A stretch of DNA of 64,000 nucleotides from Candidatus Dormiibacterota bacterium (lineage in GTDB: Bacteria > Chloroflexota > Dormibacteria > Aeolococcales > Aeolococcaceae): positions 335,419 to 399,418 of the forward strand of contig CAWKKS010000001.1 in the NCBI GenBank assembly GCA_963850385.1, read 5' to 3'. Below the pieces are notes generated by a model. The model did not search any database. It was not told where the DNA came from and saw only the letters and a list, made by a program, of their open reading frames with translations. This document shows positions 46,009-56,146 of this stretch, one piece after another; position 1 is the stretch's first letter, and each line of letters begins with the position of its first letter. A program made the translations under genes and the position numbers.

Positions 46009-48468
46009 CTACGCGTCGAGCGAGCCTGCTGCTCCGACACCGGCGATTGAAGCCACCCGGTCGTCGTCGTCCATTCGCATGATGATCACGCCGCGAGTCT
46101 GCCGTCCGGACACACGCACCTGGTCGAGGGGGAGGCGGATCACCTGTCCCGACGTGCTGATCACCATCAGCTCCTCGGAGAGGTCCTCGACGACGCGCAT
46201 CCCCACGATCTCGCCGATCTTGGGGATCGCAGTCTGATCGACGGTGTACACGCCCTGGATGTTGCGGCTCTTCACCGGGTAATCCGACATCGGGGTGAGC
46301 TTGCCGAAGCCGTTCTGCGTCACCACCAGCACGTGGCCCTGCGGGTTGACGATGTCGAATCCGGCGATCTCGTCGCCGGCTCGCAGCCGCATCGCCCCGA
46401 CACCCATGGTGTCCCGACCCATCGGGCGCACCTCCTTCTCGGTGAAGCGCGACCCCTTGCCGCGGCGCGTGACGATGAGCAGCTGGTCACCGCCCGAGGA
46501 ACGCCGCACCCAGTTGAGCTCGTCATCGCCCTGGAGGTTGATGGCGATGAGCCCGTTGCGCCGCACCGCTGAATAGGCGGCCGCCGGTGTCTTCTTGATC
46601 TGCCCGAGCTTGGTCACCATCACCAGGTACTGGGAGTCGCTGAACTCCTCCATTTCGATGAGCGCGGTCACCTTCTCCCCCTGGTCGAGGTCGATCAGGT
46701 TGATGACGGGCAGGCCTTTGGCCTGGCGCTTGACGTCGGGGATCTCGTGGGTGCGCAGCCGGTAGACGCGGCCCCGGTTGGTGAAGAACAGCATGTCGGT
46801 GTGCGTGTTCGCGGTCGTCGAGTGGGCGATGTAGTCCTCGTCGTTGGAGCGGCGCGCCCCGACCACGCCCTTGCCCCCGCGGTGCTGGGCTCGGTACTGG
46901 TCGAGGGGGATGCGTTTGATGTAGCCGCGGTTGGTGAGCGTGACGAACACCTGCTCGCGCGGGATCAGGTCCTCCTCGTTGAGCTCCACCTCGCCCAGGT
47001 TGATCTGGGTGCGACGCGGGTCGGCGTACTTCTTGCGGATGCCACCGATCTCCTCCTTGATGATCCCGTCGACGAGGCGTGGGTTGCCGAGCACGTCCTC
47101 GAGGTGGGCGATCTCCTTGATCAGCTCCTCGTACTCCTCGCGGATCTTCCCCGCCTCGAGGCGGGTGAGCCGACCGAGGCGCAGGTCGACGATCGCCTTG
47201 GATTGCCGCTCGCTGAGCTCGAACCGCTCCTCGAGTCCACGCTGCGCGGTGCGTTCGTCCTGCGCGGCGCGGATGATCGCGATCACCTCGTCGAGGTGGT
47301 CCAGGCACCGCATCAGGCCTTCGAGGATGTGCGCGCGGTCGCGTGCCTTGGCCAGCAGGAAACGGGTGCGGCGCGTCACCACCACCCGCCGGAAGTCGAT
47401 GAAGTGCTGAAGCATCGCCTTCAGGCCGAGCACCTGGGGACGCCCGTCGACCAGCGCCAGCATGATGGCCCCGAAGGTCAGCTGCAGCTGCGTGTGCTTG
47501 AACAGGTTGTTGAGCACTGTGTGGGGGCGCGCGCTGGACTTGAGCTTGATGACGATGCGTGTCTCGTCATTGCGGTCCGACTCGTCGTTGAGCCCCTCGA
47601 TCCCCTCGAGCTTGTGGTCCTTGACGAGCTCGGCGATGGTGGTGAGCAGGCGGGCCTTGTTCACCTGGTAGGGCAGCTCGCGGACGATGATCTGCTCCTT
47701 GCCGTCCGAGGCCTCCTCGAAATCCACCTGCGCACGCATCACGATGCGGCCGTGGCCGGTGCCGTAGACGATCGGCAGGTCGCGCGCGTAGATCATCCCC
47801 CCGGTGGGGAAGTCGGGTCCCTTGATGATCCTGGTGAGGTCCTCGGTGGTCGTCTGCGGTTCGTCGATGAGGCGGGTGACTCCGTCGCAGACCTCACCGA
47901 GGTTGTGCGGAGGGATGTTGGTGGCCATCCCGACAGCGATGCCGGTGGCGCCGTTGACGAGCAGGTTGGGCACCAGCGCCGGCATCACGGTGGGCTCGAG
48001 GATGTCCGGGTCGGCGAGGTAGGTCTGGGCCATGTCGACAGTGTCCTTGTCGATGTCCTCGACCAGGGTCATCGCGATCGGCGACATCTTCGCCTCGGTG
48101 TAGCGCTCGGCGGCGGGTGGGTCACCGTCGACCGACCCGAAGTTTCCCTGTGAGGTCACCAGCGGGTAGCGCATCACCCAGTCCTGGGCAAGGCGCACCA
48201 TCGCGTCGTAGATGGCGGCGTTGCCGTGCGGGTGATAGTTCTTCATCACCTCGCCGACGATGGCCGCCGACTTCTTGGTGCGACCGGCGGCGGTGATGCC
48301 CTCCTGGAGCATCGCGTACATGATCCGGCGCTGCACGGGCTTGAGGCCGTCGCGCACGTCTGGAAGGGCGCGACTGATGATCACGCTCATCGCGTAATCC
48401 ATGTACGACGAGCGCATCTCCTGCTCGAGGTCGATCTCCCGGATCTGGCCCGGCTCGAACACGCTCAT
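46009..48468 (-). CDS. gyrA: DNA gyrase subunit A
   Basis: [42 protein letters not shown] and C-terminal beta-pinwheel repeats. Confidence 0.95.
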   Translation of the reverse strand: MSVFEPGQIREIDLEQEMRSSYMDYAMSVIISRALPDVRDGLKPVQRRIMYAMLQEGITAAGRTKKSAAIVGEVMKNYHPHGNAAIYDAMVRLAQDWVMRYPLVTSQGNFGSVDGDPPAAERYTEAKMSPIAMTLVEDIDKDTVDMAQTYLADPDILEPTVMPALVPNLLVNGATGIAVGMATNIPPHNLGEVCDGVTRLIDEPQTTTEDLTRIIKGPDFPTGGMIYARDLPIVYGTGHGRIVMRAQVDFEEASDGKEQIIVRELPYQVNKARLLTTIAELVKDHKLEGIEGLNDESDRNDETRIVIKLKSSARPHTVLNNLFKHTQLQLTFGAIMLALVDGRPQVLGLKAMLQHFIDFRRVVVTRRTRFLLAKARDRAHILEGLMRCLDHLDEVIAIIRAAQDERTAQRGLEERFELSERQSKAIVDLRLGRLTRLEAGKIREEYEELIKEIAHLEDVLGNPRLVDGIIKEEIGGIRKKYADPRRTQINLGEVELNEEDLIPREQVFVTLTNRGYIKRIPLDQYRAQHRGGKGVVGARRSNDEDYIAHSTTANTHTDMLFFTNRGRVYRLRTHEIPDVKRQAKGLPVINLIDLDQGEKVTALIEMEEFSDSQYLVMVTKLGQIKKTPAAAYSAVRRNGLIAINLQGDDELNWVRRSSGGDQLLIVTRRGKGSRFTEKEVRPMGRDTMGVGAMRLRAGDEIAGFDIVNPQGHVLVVTQNGFGKLTPMSDYPVKSRNIQGVYTVDQTAIPKIGEIVGMRVVEDLSEELMVISTSGQVIRLPLDQVRVSGRQTRGVIIMRMDDDDRVASIAGVGAAGSLDA

Positions 48469-49520
48469 CGCGCCGCAGCCTGCTCAGGGTGGGGCAACCC
48501 GGCCGCAGCCTGCTGTCCCAGCTCGGCGGCGATGGTGCCGCTCACGTCGCGCTGCGATGCCTCGGTGGCAACCCGGATGGCATTCATGATGGCCAGTGCG
48601 TCGGAGCGGCCGTGCGCGATGACCACCTCGCCGGCGACGCCAAGCAGCAGCGCGCCGCCCGTGTGGCGGTAGTCGACGCCGTCGCGGAGTGCCCGCAGCC
48701 GGGGTTTGAGCAGCTGACCGCCGAGCTTGCCGCCGAGGCTGCCCATGGCCGCCTCGCGCAGGGCCGCGAACAGGTATTCGCCAACGCCCTCCGCGGTCTT
48801 GAGGGCGATGTTGCCGACGAACCCGTCGCAGACCGCCACGTCACACGCCCCGGTGAACAATTCCTTGCTCTCGATGTTTCCAGTGAAACCGGCAGTCGAC
48901 GTCTGCAACAGCGGGAACGCCTCCTGGACCAGCTGTGAGCCCTTGCCGGCCTCCTCGCCGTTGCTGAGCAGCCCGATCCGCGGCGAGGCGACACCCATCA
49001 TCCGGCGCGCATACACCGAGCCCATCAACGCGAACTGCACAAGCCATTCAGGCCGGCAGTCGGTGTTGGCGCCGACGTCGAGCAGGAACGTCCGGGCACC
49101 GGACGAGGGCAGCAGCGCACCGATTGCCGGGCGTGCGACGCCGGCGATGCGCTTCACGGTGAACAACGCAGCCGCGAGCACCGCGCCGCTGTTCCCGGCG
49201 CTCACCGCCGCCGCTGCGGTGCCCTGCGCGACCAGGTCGCAGGTCCGCACCACCGACGAGTTGCGCTTGGAGCGCACAGCATGCGCGGGGTGCTCGTCCA
49301 TCTCCACCACCTCGCGGGCGTCGATGATGCCCACCCGGGCCCGGGAGACGCTCTCCGGGCCTTCGATCCGCGCCAGCTCGGTCTCGAGCAGCTCGCGCCG
49401 GCCGACCAGCAGAACCGGGATCTGCAGCTCGGTGGCAGCACGCAGCGCACCGCGCACGATCTCGGCCGGTGCATGGTCACCACCCATGGCGTCGACCGCG
49501 ACCGGACGGACGCTGGGCAT
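48465..49520 (-). CDS. plsX: phosphate acyltransferase
   Basis: VAVDAMGGDHAPAEIVRGA and GNIALKTAEG. ATGA overlap with gyrA and 1-nt TGATG overlap with gyrB. Confidence 0.9.
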   Translation of the reverse strand: MPSVRPVAVDAMGGDHAPAEIVRGALRAATELQIPVLLVGRRELLETELARIEGPESVSRARVGIIDAREVVEMDEHPAHAVRSKRNSSVVRTCDLVAQGTAAAAVSAGNSGAVLAAALFTVKRIAGVARPAIGALLPSSGARTFLLDVGANTDCRPEWLVQFALMGSVYARRMMGVASPRIGLLSNGEEAGKGSQLVQEAFPLLQTSTAGFTGNIESKELFTGACDVAVCDGFVGNIALKTAEGVGEYLFAALREAAMGSLGGKLGGQLLKPRLRALRDGVDYRHTGGALLLGVAGEVVIAHGRSDALAIMNAIRVATEASQRDVSGTIAAELGQQAAAGLPHPEQAAAR

Positions 49521-51576
49521 CAGATGTCGAGGTTGCGCACGCTCTTGGCGTGCGTCTGGATGAAACGCTTCCGCGGCTCGACGTCCGCGCCCATCAGCCG
49601 GTCGAAGATGTCATCGGCCTTGACGGCGTCGTCGACCGATACCCGCAGCAGGATGCGCCTGGCCGGGTCCATGGTCGTGTCCCACAGCTCGTCGGCGTTC
49701 ATCTCGCCCAGGCCCTTGTAGCGCTGAACCTCGATGCGGCCGCCACCCATGTCCTTGCCCTTGATGTCGCGTTCCTCATCGCTGAAGGCGTACTCGACGC
49801 GCGCATTGCGACCGGTACCCTTCTCGAGCTTGTACAGCGGTGGCTGCGCCAGGTAGAGGAAGCCGCCGTGGATGACCGGCTGCATGTGACGCCAGAAGAA
49901 GGTCAGCAGCAGGGTGCGGATGTGGGAGCCGTCGACATCGGCGTCCGCCATGAGCACGATGCGGTGGTAGCGCAGACGCTCGATGGCGAAGTCCTCGCCG
50001 AAACCGACACCGAGGGCCGTGATCAGGTCCTTGATCTGCTCGTTGCCGAGGATCTTGTCGGCGCGCGCCTTCTCGACGTTGAGGATCTTGCCTCGCAGCG
50101 GCAGGATCGCCTGGTTCTTGCGCTCGCGACCCTGCTTGGCCGACCCGCCCGCGCTGTCGCCCTCCACGATGAAGATCTCGCACTGGGAAGGATCCTTCTC
50201 GGTGCAGTCGGTCAGCTTGCCGGGGAGCGCGGAGCCCTCGAGGAAGGACTTGCGCCTCACCAGGTCGCGCGCTTTGGCGGCGGCCTGGCGGGCTCGCGCC
50301 GCGGTGAGGGACTGGTCGACGATGCGGCGCCCGTCGGCCGGGTTCTCGTCGAGGAACTGCATCAGCGCGTCACTCAGCACCGTCGAGACCTGACCGGCCA
50401 CCTCACTGTTGCCCAGCTTGGTCTTGGTCTGTCCCTCGAACTGCGGCTCCTGGAGCTTGACGCTGATCACCGCGGTCAGACCGTCACGGACATCATCGCC
50501 GCTCAGGTTGGGATCGTTCTCCTTGAGGATTCCCGCCTTGCGGGCGTATTTGTTCAGGGTGCTGGTCAGCGCGGTACGGAAGCCGGTGAGGTGGGAGCCA
50601 CCCTCCTCGGTGTGGATGTTGTTGGCGAAGGCGAGCACGTGCTCGGTGAAGACACTGCTCTGGTACTGGACGGCGAGCTCGATGAGGGTTCCCTCGATCT
50701 CGCGCTCGACGTACATCGGCCGGGCATTGACGACCGTGCGGTTCTCGTTGAGGTACCGCACCATCGCCTGTATCCCGCCCTCGAAGTAGAACGTGTACTC
50801 CCGTGCGGCCGCCTCGTCGATGACGGTGATGGCCACGCCCTTGGTGAGAAACGCCACCTCGCGGATGCGGTTGGCGACCACGTCCCAGCTGTGCTCCACG
50901 GTCTCGAACACGGTCGGGTCCGGCCACCAGCGAATCGTTGTGCCATGCCGATCGGTGGCGCCGACCACGGTCATCGGATCGTCCGGGACGCCCCGGGTGT
51001 AGCTCTGGCGGTAGACGTTGCCGCCCTTGTGGACCTCGGCGACCAATCGCTCACTGAGCGCGTTCACCACCGAGGCACCCACGCCATGCAGGCCACCCGA
51101 CACCTTGTAGCCCCCTCCACCGAACTTGCCGCCGGCGTGCAGCTCGGTGAGGACGAGCTCGAGGCCGGGCTTCTTCTCGGTGGGGTGCATGTCCACGGGG
51201 ATGCCGCGACCGTTGTCGATCACCGACACCGAGTTGTCGGCGTGGAGGGTCACGATGATGGCGTCGCACGCACCTGCCAGGGCTTCGTCGATGGCGTTGT
51301 CGACGATCTCGCGGATGAGGTGATGGAGGCCACGGGCATCGGTGGACCCGATGTACATGCCGGGCCGCTTCCGCACCGGCTCGAGGCCCTTCAGGGCAGT
51401 CAGCTGAGCGGAGGAGTACGCGTCCTTGGGAGCCTTGCCGCCCCGGCCACCTGCAGACCCGTCCTTGGGGCCGACGGCACGGTCGTCGGTTCGGGCGCTC
51501 TCGTCGATCAGGGTGGGACTCCGGGGGTGCGTTTGCCGGCGGGCGCAGCTGGTTGAGACGTGCTTCCCGCAGCCAT
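49520..51576 (-). CDS. gyrB: DNA gyrase subunit B (5' end unresolved)
   Basis: [26 protein letters not shown], the Toprim motif EGDSAGG and [10 protein letters not shown]. The conserved frame is open upstream to 51511 without ATG/GTG/TTG. An ATG at 51576 joins it if the G5 run at 51523-51527 is really G6. Confidence 0.9.
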
Positions 51577-51753
51577 GAAGGGCCGGGTGAGGACACGTGA
51601 ATCGTGATGCGAATTGTACCAGTTCCCGGCGGATCGACGGACCTCACCGCGGACGCCCGAAGTCGGTCGCCACCATGGTATTTCTCTGTCCGCCGAGTGT
51701 CCGCGAGCACCCCCGGGCCCCATGCGCGTGACCCGACGTAGCAGACTGCGCGC

Positions 51754-54489
51754 ATGGCCCTGGAGGAGTACCGGCGCAAGCGCGATTTCAGCAGGACTCC
51801 CGAGCCTTCGGGGGACCAAGCCGGCAACCTCCGTCGCCATTCGACGGCGGCGTCGCCGGGGTGGGACAGCCTGCCCGAGGGCCGACGTTTCTGCGTGCAA
51901 CAGCACCGGGCCACGCGCATGCATTTCGACTTCCGCCTGGAGCACAACGGCGTCCTGCTCTCGTGGCCGATTCCTCGCGGCCCCACCCTGGACCCGGCGA
52001 TCAAGCGGCTGGCCGTGCACACCGAGGACCATCCCGTGGACTACGGGGACTTCGAGGGTGTCATCCCCTCGGGTTACGGTGCCGGCACCGTGCTGCTCTG
52101 GGACATCGGCACCTACGAGTGGCTGCGTGAGACCGCGCAGGACGTCGAGGCCAGCCTCGCCAAGGGCGACCTCAAGTTCCGCCTCTCGGGGACCAAGATC
52201 CGCGGCGAGTTCGCGCTGGTGAAGATCGGAGCTCGCGGGCGCCGTCAGGGGGGCGGCAGCGACGATGACAAGAACTGGCTGCTGATCAAGAAGCGCGATG
52301 ACGCCGTGGTGGAGAAGTACGAGGCTCTCGACCACGAGGTTTCAGTCAAGACGGGCCGTAACCTGGCGGCCATCGCCGCCGACGGTGGAGGCGACCCGCG
52401 CGAGGCCGCCCGCGCCCGCCGTGCCGCCAGGCGCTCGCCGGAGCGCCCGGGGCCACCCAGCCCGCCCAGCCCGCCGGCGGACGGCGCGCTGCCGATGCCG
52501 ATGCTGGCCACCTCGGTGGATCGCCCCTTCACGCGTGAGGGCTGGATCTTCGAGCTGAAGTGGGATGGTGTGCGCGCGCTCGCCACGGTCGCCGGTGACC
52601 AGGTCAGGCTGGTGGGTCGAAGCGGTCGCGATGAGACCTCGCGGTACCCGGAGCTCGGCGCCCTTGGCCGCGCCCTGCACGGGCACAGCGCCGTGGTGGA
52701 CGGCGAGATCGTCGTCATGAACGCTGACGGCCGCCCCTCGTTCGAGCGCCTCCAGTCGCGCATCAACGTCGCCCGTGACAGCGACGTGCGCCGCGCGATG
52801 CGCGAGAACCCGGCGACGTACGTCGTCTTCGATCTCCTGCGGCTCGATGGCCGTGATCTGATGGAGACATCGCTGCGCATCCGCAAGAAGACGCTCAAGG
52901 ACGTGCTGGTCCCGGTCGACGGCGTGATGTACGCCGACCACGTGGAGCGCGACGGCGAGAGCTTCTTCGCGGAGGTCAGCCGCCACGGCATCGAGGGGAT
53001 GATCGCCAAGCGGGCCGACTCCGGGTACTCGCCGGGTCGGCGCAGCCCCGATTGGGTCAAGGTGAAGGCGTGGCAGACGCAGTCGTGCGTCATCACCGGC
53101 TGGACGGGCGGGCGCGGCCGCCGCAGTGAGCGCCTGGGGGCACTCATCCTCGGCGTGTTCAAGGGGGACGACATCGTTCACTGCGGCCAGGTCGGCACCG
53201 GGTTCGACGAGGCAACGCTGCGCGACCTGCGCGGCCGTCTCGATGGTCTGGTGGTGGGGAAGAGCGCGCTGCAGCCACCACCGCGCACCGCCGAGCCGGC
53301 CACCTGGGTTCGCCCCGAGCTGGTCTGCGAGGTGCGCCATGCGGGCTGGACGAAACAGGGCATCCTGCGTCACCCGGCCTACCTCGGCCTCCGCCAGGAC
53401 GTCGCTCCCCGCAACTGCGTACGCGAGGAGCCGGCAGAGGTCGAGGCGGTCGTGGCCGGCGCCGCATCCCGAGAAGGCACCCCGCCACAGTCGCCATCCG
53501 CGAAGGCCACGCGTGCGCACAGCCGAAGCCGCTCGGCGACCGCCGCGGCCGCAGCCGACGGCTCTGGGGCCGGCCCCCTGCTGGCTCAGCTCGCCGGGCT
53601 CGCCGGCACGGCCGCGCTCGAGGTCGACGGCAAGCGCGTGCGGCTCACCCACCTCGACAAGGTGATGTGGCCCGCCGACGGGTTGACCAAGCGCGACCTC
53701 ATCGGCCACTACATCGCGGTTGCCCCGGTGCTGCTGCCCTACCTGCGTGACCGGCCGCTTTCGATGCAGATGTTTCCCGATGGCATCGACGGCAACCACT
53801 TCTGGCGCAAGGACAAGCCGTCTCATGCGCCCGAATGGATCCAGTCCTGGACGTACCACGGCGAGAAGACCAAGGACTACATCGTCGTCAACGACCTCGC
53901 CACCCTGGTCTGGGTGGCCAACGCCGCCTCCATCGACCTCCACCCCTGGCACTCGCGCGTCGACGCGCCGCAGCAGCCCGACTGGGCGGTGTTCGACCTC
54001 GACCCTGCCGAGGGTGCCACCTTCGAGAACGTGGTGACCCTCGCGCGGCTCACCCGCGTTGCACTCGAGCACTACGGTCTGCACAGCGTCCTGAAAACCA
54101 CGGGACAGACCGGCCTGCAGATCTACGTGCCCATCCGCCGCGGGCCGGACTACCGTGCGGTGCGTGACTGGGTCGAGGGAGTCTCGCGCGCCATCGGACG
54201 CGTGGTGCCCGACCTGGTCAGCTGGGAGTGGTCGGTGAAGGCCCGCACCGGCCGGGTGCGCATGGACTACACCCAGAACATCATCAACAAGACGCTCAAT
54301 GCTCCCTACACGGTGCGTGCGGCGCCCCGAGCGCCGGTATCGGCGCCGATCAGGTGGGACGAGCTCGATGACCCCGCGTTGCGGCCTGACCGCTGGACGG
54401 TGCGCACCATCGGTGAGCGCCTGGCTGCGCAGGGCGACCTCTTCGCGGCCGCGCTGGCCGGCGACCAGGACCTCCCGCCCCTCGACTGA
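51754..54489 (+). CDS. ligD: multidomain NHEJ ligase LigD (phosphoesterase-ligase-polymerase order)
   Basis: PE domain is FCVQQHRATRMHFDFRLE. The ligase domain has motif I ELKWDG, EGMIAKR and WVKVK. The primase-polymerase domain has LTHLDKVMWP and WSRVDAPQQPDWAVFDLDP. Confidence 0.9.
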   Translation: MALEEYRRKRDFSRTPEPSGDQAGNLRRHSTAASPGWDSLPEGRRFCVQQHRATRMHFDFRLEHNGVLLSWPIPRGPTLDPAIKRLAVHTEDHPVDYGDFEGVIPSGYGAGTVLLWDIGTYEWLRETAQDVEASLAKGDLKFRLSGTKIRGEFALVKIGARGRRQGGGSDDDKNWLLIKKRDDAVVEKYEALDHEVSVKTGRNLAAIAADGGGDPREAARARRAARRSPERPGPPSPPSPPADGALPMPMLATSVDRPFTREGWIFELKWDGVRALATVAGDQVRLVGRSGRDETSRYPELGALGRALHGHSAVVDGEIVVMNADGRPSFERLQSRINVARDSDVRRAMRENPATYVVFDLLRLDGRDLMETSLRIRKKTLKDVLVPVDGVMYADHVERDGESFFAEVSRHGIEGMIAKRADSGYSPGRRSPDWVKVKAWQTQSCVITGWTGGRGRRSERLGALILGVFKGDDIVHCGQVGTGFDEATLRDLRGRLDGLVVGKSALQPPPRTAEPATWVRPELVCEVRHAGWTKQGILRHPAYLGLRQDVAPRNCVREEPAEVEAVVAGAASREGTPPQSPSAKATRAHSRSRSATAAAAADGSGAGPLLAQLAGLAGTAALEVDGKRVRLTHLDKVMWPADGLTKRDLIGHYIAVAPVLLPYLRDRPLSMQMFPDGIDGNHFWRKDKPSHAPEWIQSWTYHGEKTKDYIVVNDLATLVWVANAASIDLHPWHSRVDAPQQPDWAVFDLDPAEGATFENVVTLARLTRVALEHYGLHSVLKTTGQTGLQIYVPIRRGPDYRAVRDWVEGVSRAIGRVVPDLVSWEWSVKARTGRVRMDYTQNIINKTLNAPYTVRAAPRAPVSAPIRWDELDDPALRPDRWTVRTIGERLAAQGDLFAAALAGDQDLPPLD

Positions 54490-54515
54490 GGGATGCGCCC
54501 CTGGCCGACTCGCCA

Positions 54516-54521
54516 TAGAAT
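54516..54521 (+). promoter_or_regulatory. -10 box of a probable leaderless transcript (HNH gene)
   Basis: TAGAAT followed by 6 nt and then the ATG at 54528. Confidence 0.35.
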
Positions 54522-54527
54522 CCCGCC

Positions 54528-55046
54528 ATGGCCGTGCTGCTGCTCAATGCCTCCATGCAGCCGCTCAACGTCATCAGCCATCGACGGCTGATCATCCTGC
54601 TGAGCAAGGAGCGTGTGGCCTTCCTTGATGAGCGGTCACAGCGCGAGGCCGCGGAGGCGCTCAGCGGCCGCCGGCTCCCCGAGGGCGTGGTCGTGGTGCG
54701 GTTGTTGCGGACGATTCACGTCCCGCGGCGGCTGCTTCGCCCCAACCGGCGCAACCTCCTCCTCCGCGACGACCAGACCTGCCAGTACTGCGGCTTCGTC
54801 GGGTCAGCGGCCGAGCTCACCGTCGACCACATCGTCCCGATGTCACGGGGCGGCGCCGGCGACCGTTGGGACAACCTGGTGATCGCCTGCAAGAAGTGCA
54901 ACTGGCGAAAGGCCAACCACCGGCCCGAGGAGGTTGGCATGCACCTGCGCCGCCGCCCGGGTCCGCTCACCCAGGAGTACGCGCACATCATCTTCCTGCG
55001 CTACCCCGAGTTGAAGGCGGCGTACGAGGCGATCCTCGAGGTGTGA
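54528..55046 (+). CDS. HNH endonuclease
   Basis: CQYCG...LTVDHIVPMSRGG...WDNLVIACKKCNWRKAN (HNH/McrA-type ββα-metal core). Confidence 0.85.
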   Translation: MAVLLLNASMQPLNVISHRRLIILLSKERVAFLDERSQREAAEALSGRRLPEGVVVVRLLRTIHVPRRLLRPNRRNLLLRDDQTCQYCGFVGSAAELTVDHIVPMSRGGAGDRWDNLVIACKKCNWRKANHRPEEVGMHLRRRPGPLTQEYAHIIFLRYPELKAAYEAILEV

Positions 55047-55161
55047 CGGCGACGGGGACCCACGTCCCCCGGCGGCCCGCCCCACGCGTGTCTGGCCCGC
55101 GAGGGCGCCCCGGCACTGACGGGTCAGCCGTGGGGTTCGGTCACGGCCGTTGCGGTGACCG

Positions 55162-55167
55162 TAGAAT
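55162..55167 (+). promoter_or_regulatory. -10 box of a probable leaderless transcript (ku)
   Basis: TAGAAT followed by 6 nt and then the ATG at 55174. Confidence 0.35.
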
Positions 55168-55173
55168 CGACAC

Positions 55174-56040
55174 ATGCCCCGATCGATGTGGCGCGGAGCG
55201 ATCAGCTTCGGCATGGTCGCGATCCCGGTGCGGCTGTACCTGGCCACGGAGTCCAAGAGCGTCTCGTTCCGGATGCTCTGCCCCGAGGACCACACGCCCA
55301 TCCGCAACAAGCGCTGGTGCCCAGCGGAGGACAAGGAGATTCCGTGGAGCTCGACGGTGCGCGGCTATGAGGTCGGCAAGGATGAGTTCGTCGAGATCGA
55401 CAACTCCGACCTCGACAACATGCCATTGCCCACCTCGCACACCTGCGAGATCCTCGAGTTCTGTGACGACTCTGAGATCGAATCGGGGTTGTACATCAAG
55501 AGCGCCTACTACCTCGAGCCCGAGGCGGTCGGGGTCAAGCCCTACTACCTGCTCAAGGCGGCGCTGGAGAAGACCGGCAAGGTGGCCGTCGGCAAGATCG
55601 CCTTCCGCGACCGGGAGCACCTCTGCCGCCTCGCGCTGCACGAGAAGGGTCTGCTGCTCAACACCCTGCACTGGCCTGACGAGATCCGTGACGCCGGCGA
55701 GCTGTCGCTACCCGAGGCCGAGGCCGAACCGGAGATCCACAAGCGCGAGCTGGACATGGCGGTCATGCTCGTCGACAACCTCAGCGCCACCTTCGACCCG
55801 CAGCGGTACAAGGACAACTACCGCGAGGCCCTGATGGCGCTGGTCGAGTCCAAGGTCAACGACCAGCCCCTCGAGGCCGCACCGGAGCGGCCGTCGAAGG
55901 TCACCGACCTGATGGCGGCGCTCAAGGCGTCTGTCGAGGCCGCCCAGCAGGGCGACCGCGCCGACCGACCGGCGGCCACCAGGCAAGCGGCCCGGCGTCG
56001 CCAGACCGCGGATGGGGCACGGCGGCGCAAAGCCTCCTGA
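55174..56040 (+). CDS. ku: NHEJ DNA-end-binding protein Ku
   Basis: MPRSMWRGAISFGMVAIPVRLY, GYEVGKDEFV and YYLEP, plus a basic C-terminal tail. Confidence 0.9.
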   Translation: MPRSMWRGAISFGMVAIPVRLYLATESKSVSFRMLCPEDHTPIRNKRWCPAEDKEIPWSSTVRGYEVGKDEFVEIDNSDLDNMPLPTSHTCEILEFCDDSEIESGLYIKSAYYLEPEAVGVKPYYLLKAALEKTGKVAVGKIAFRDREHLCRLALHEKGLLLNTLHWPDEIRDAGELSLPEAEAEPEIHKRELDMAVMLVDNLSATFDPQRYKDNYREALMALVESKVNDQPLEAAPERPSKVTDLMAALKASVEAAQQGDRADRPAATRQAARRRQTADGARRRKAS

Positions 56041-56146
56041 GGGGGCGGTGAGCCCCCGCGCCCAGGCGCCGGGTGATCGGCGACCGTCACTCGCTGCGCA
56101 GCCGGGTCTTCCGTTTGCGATGCCTGCGGCGGGTCTCCCCGGTCGC

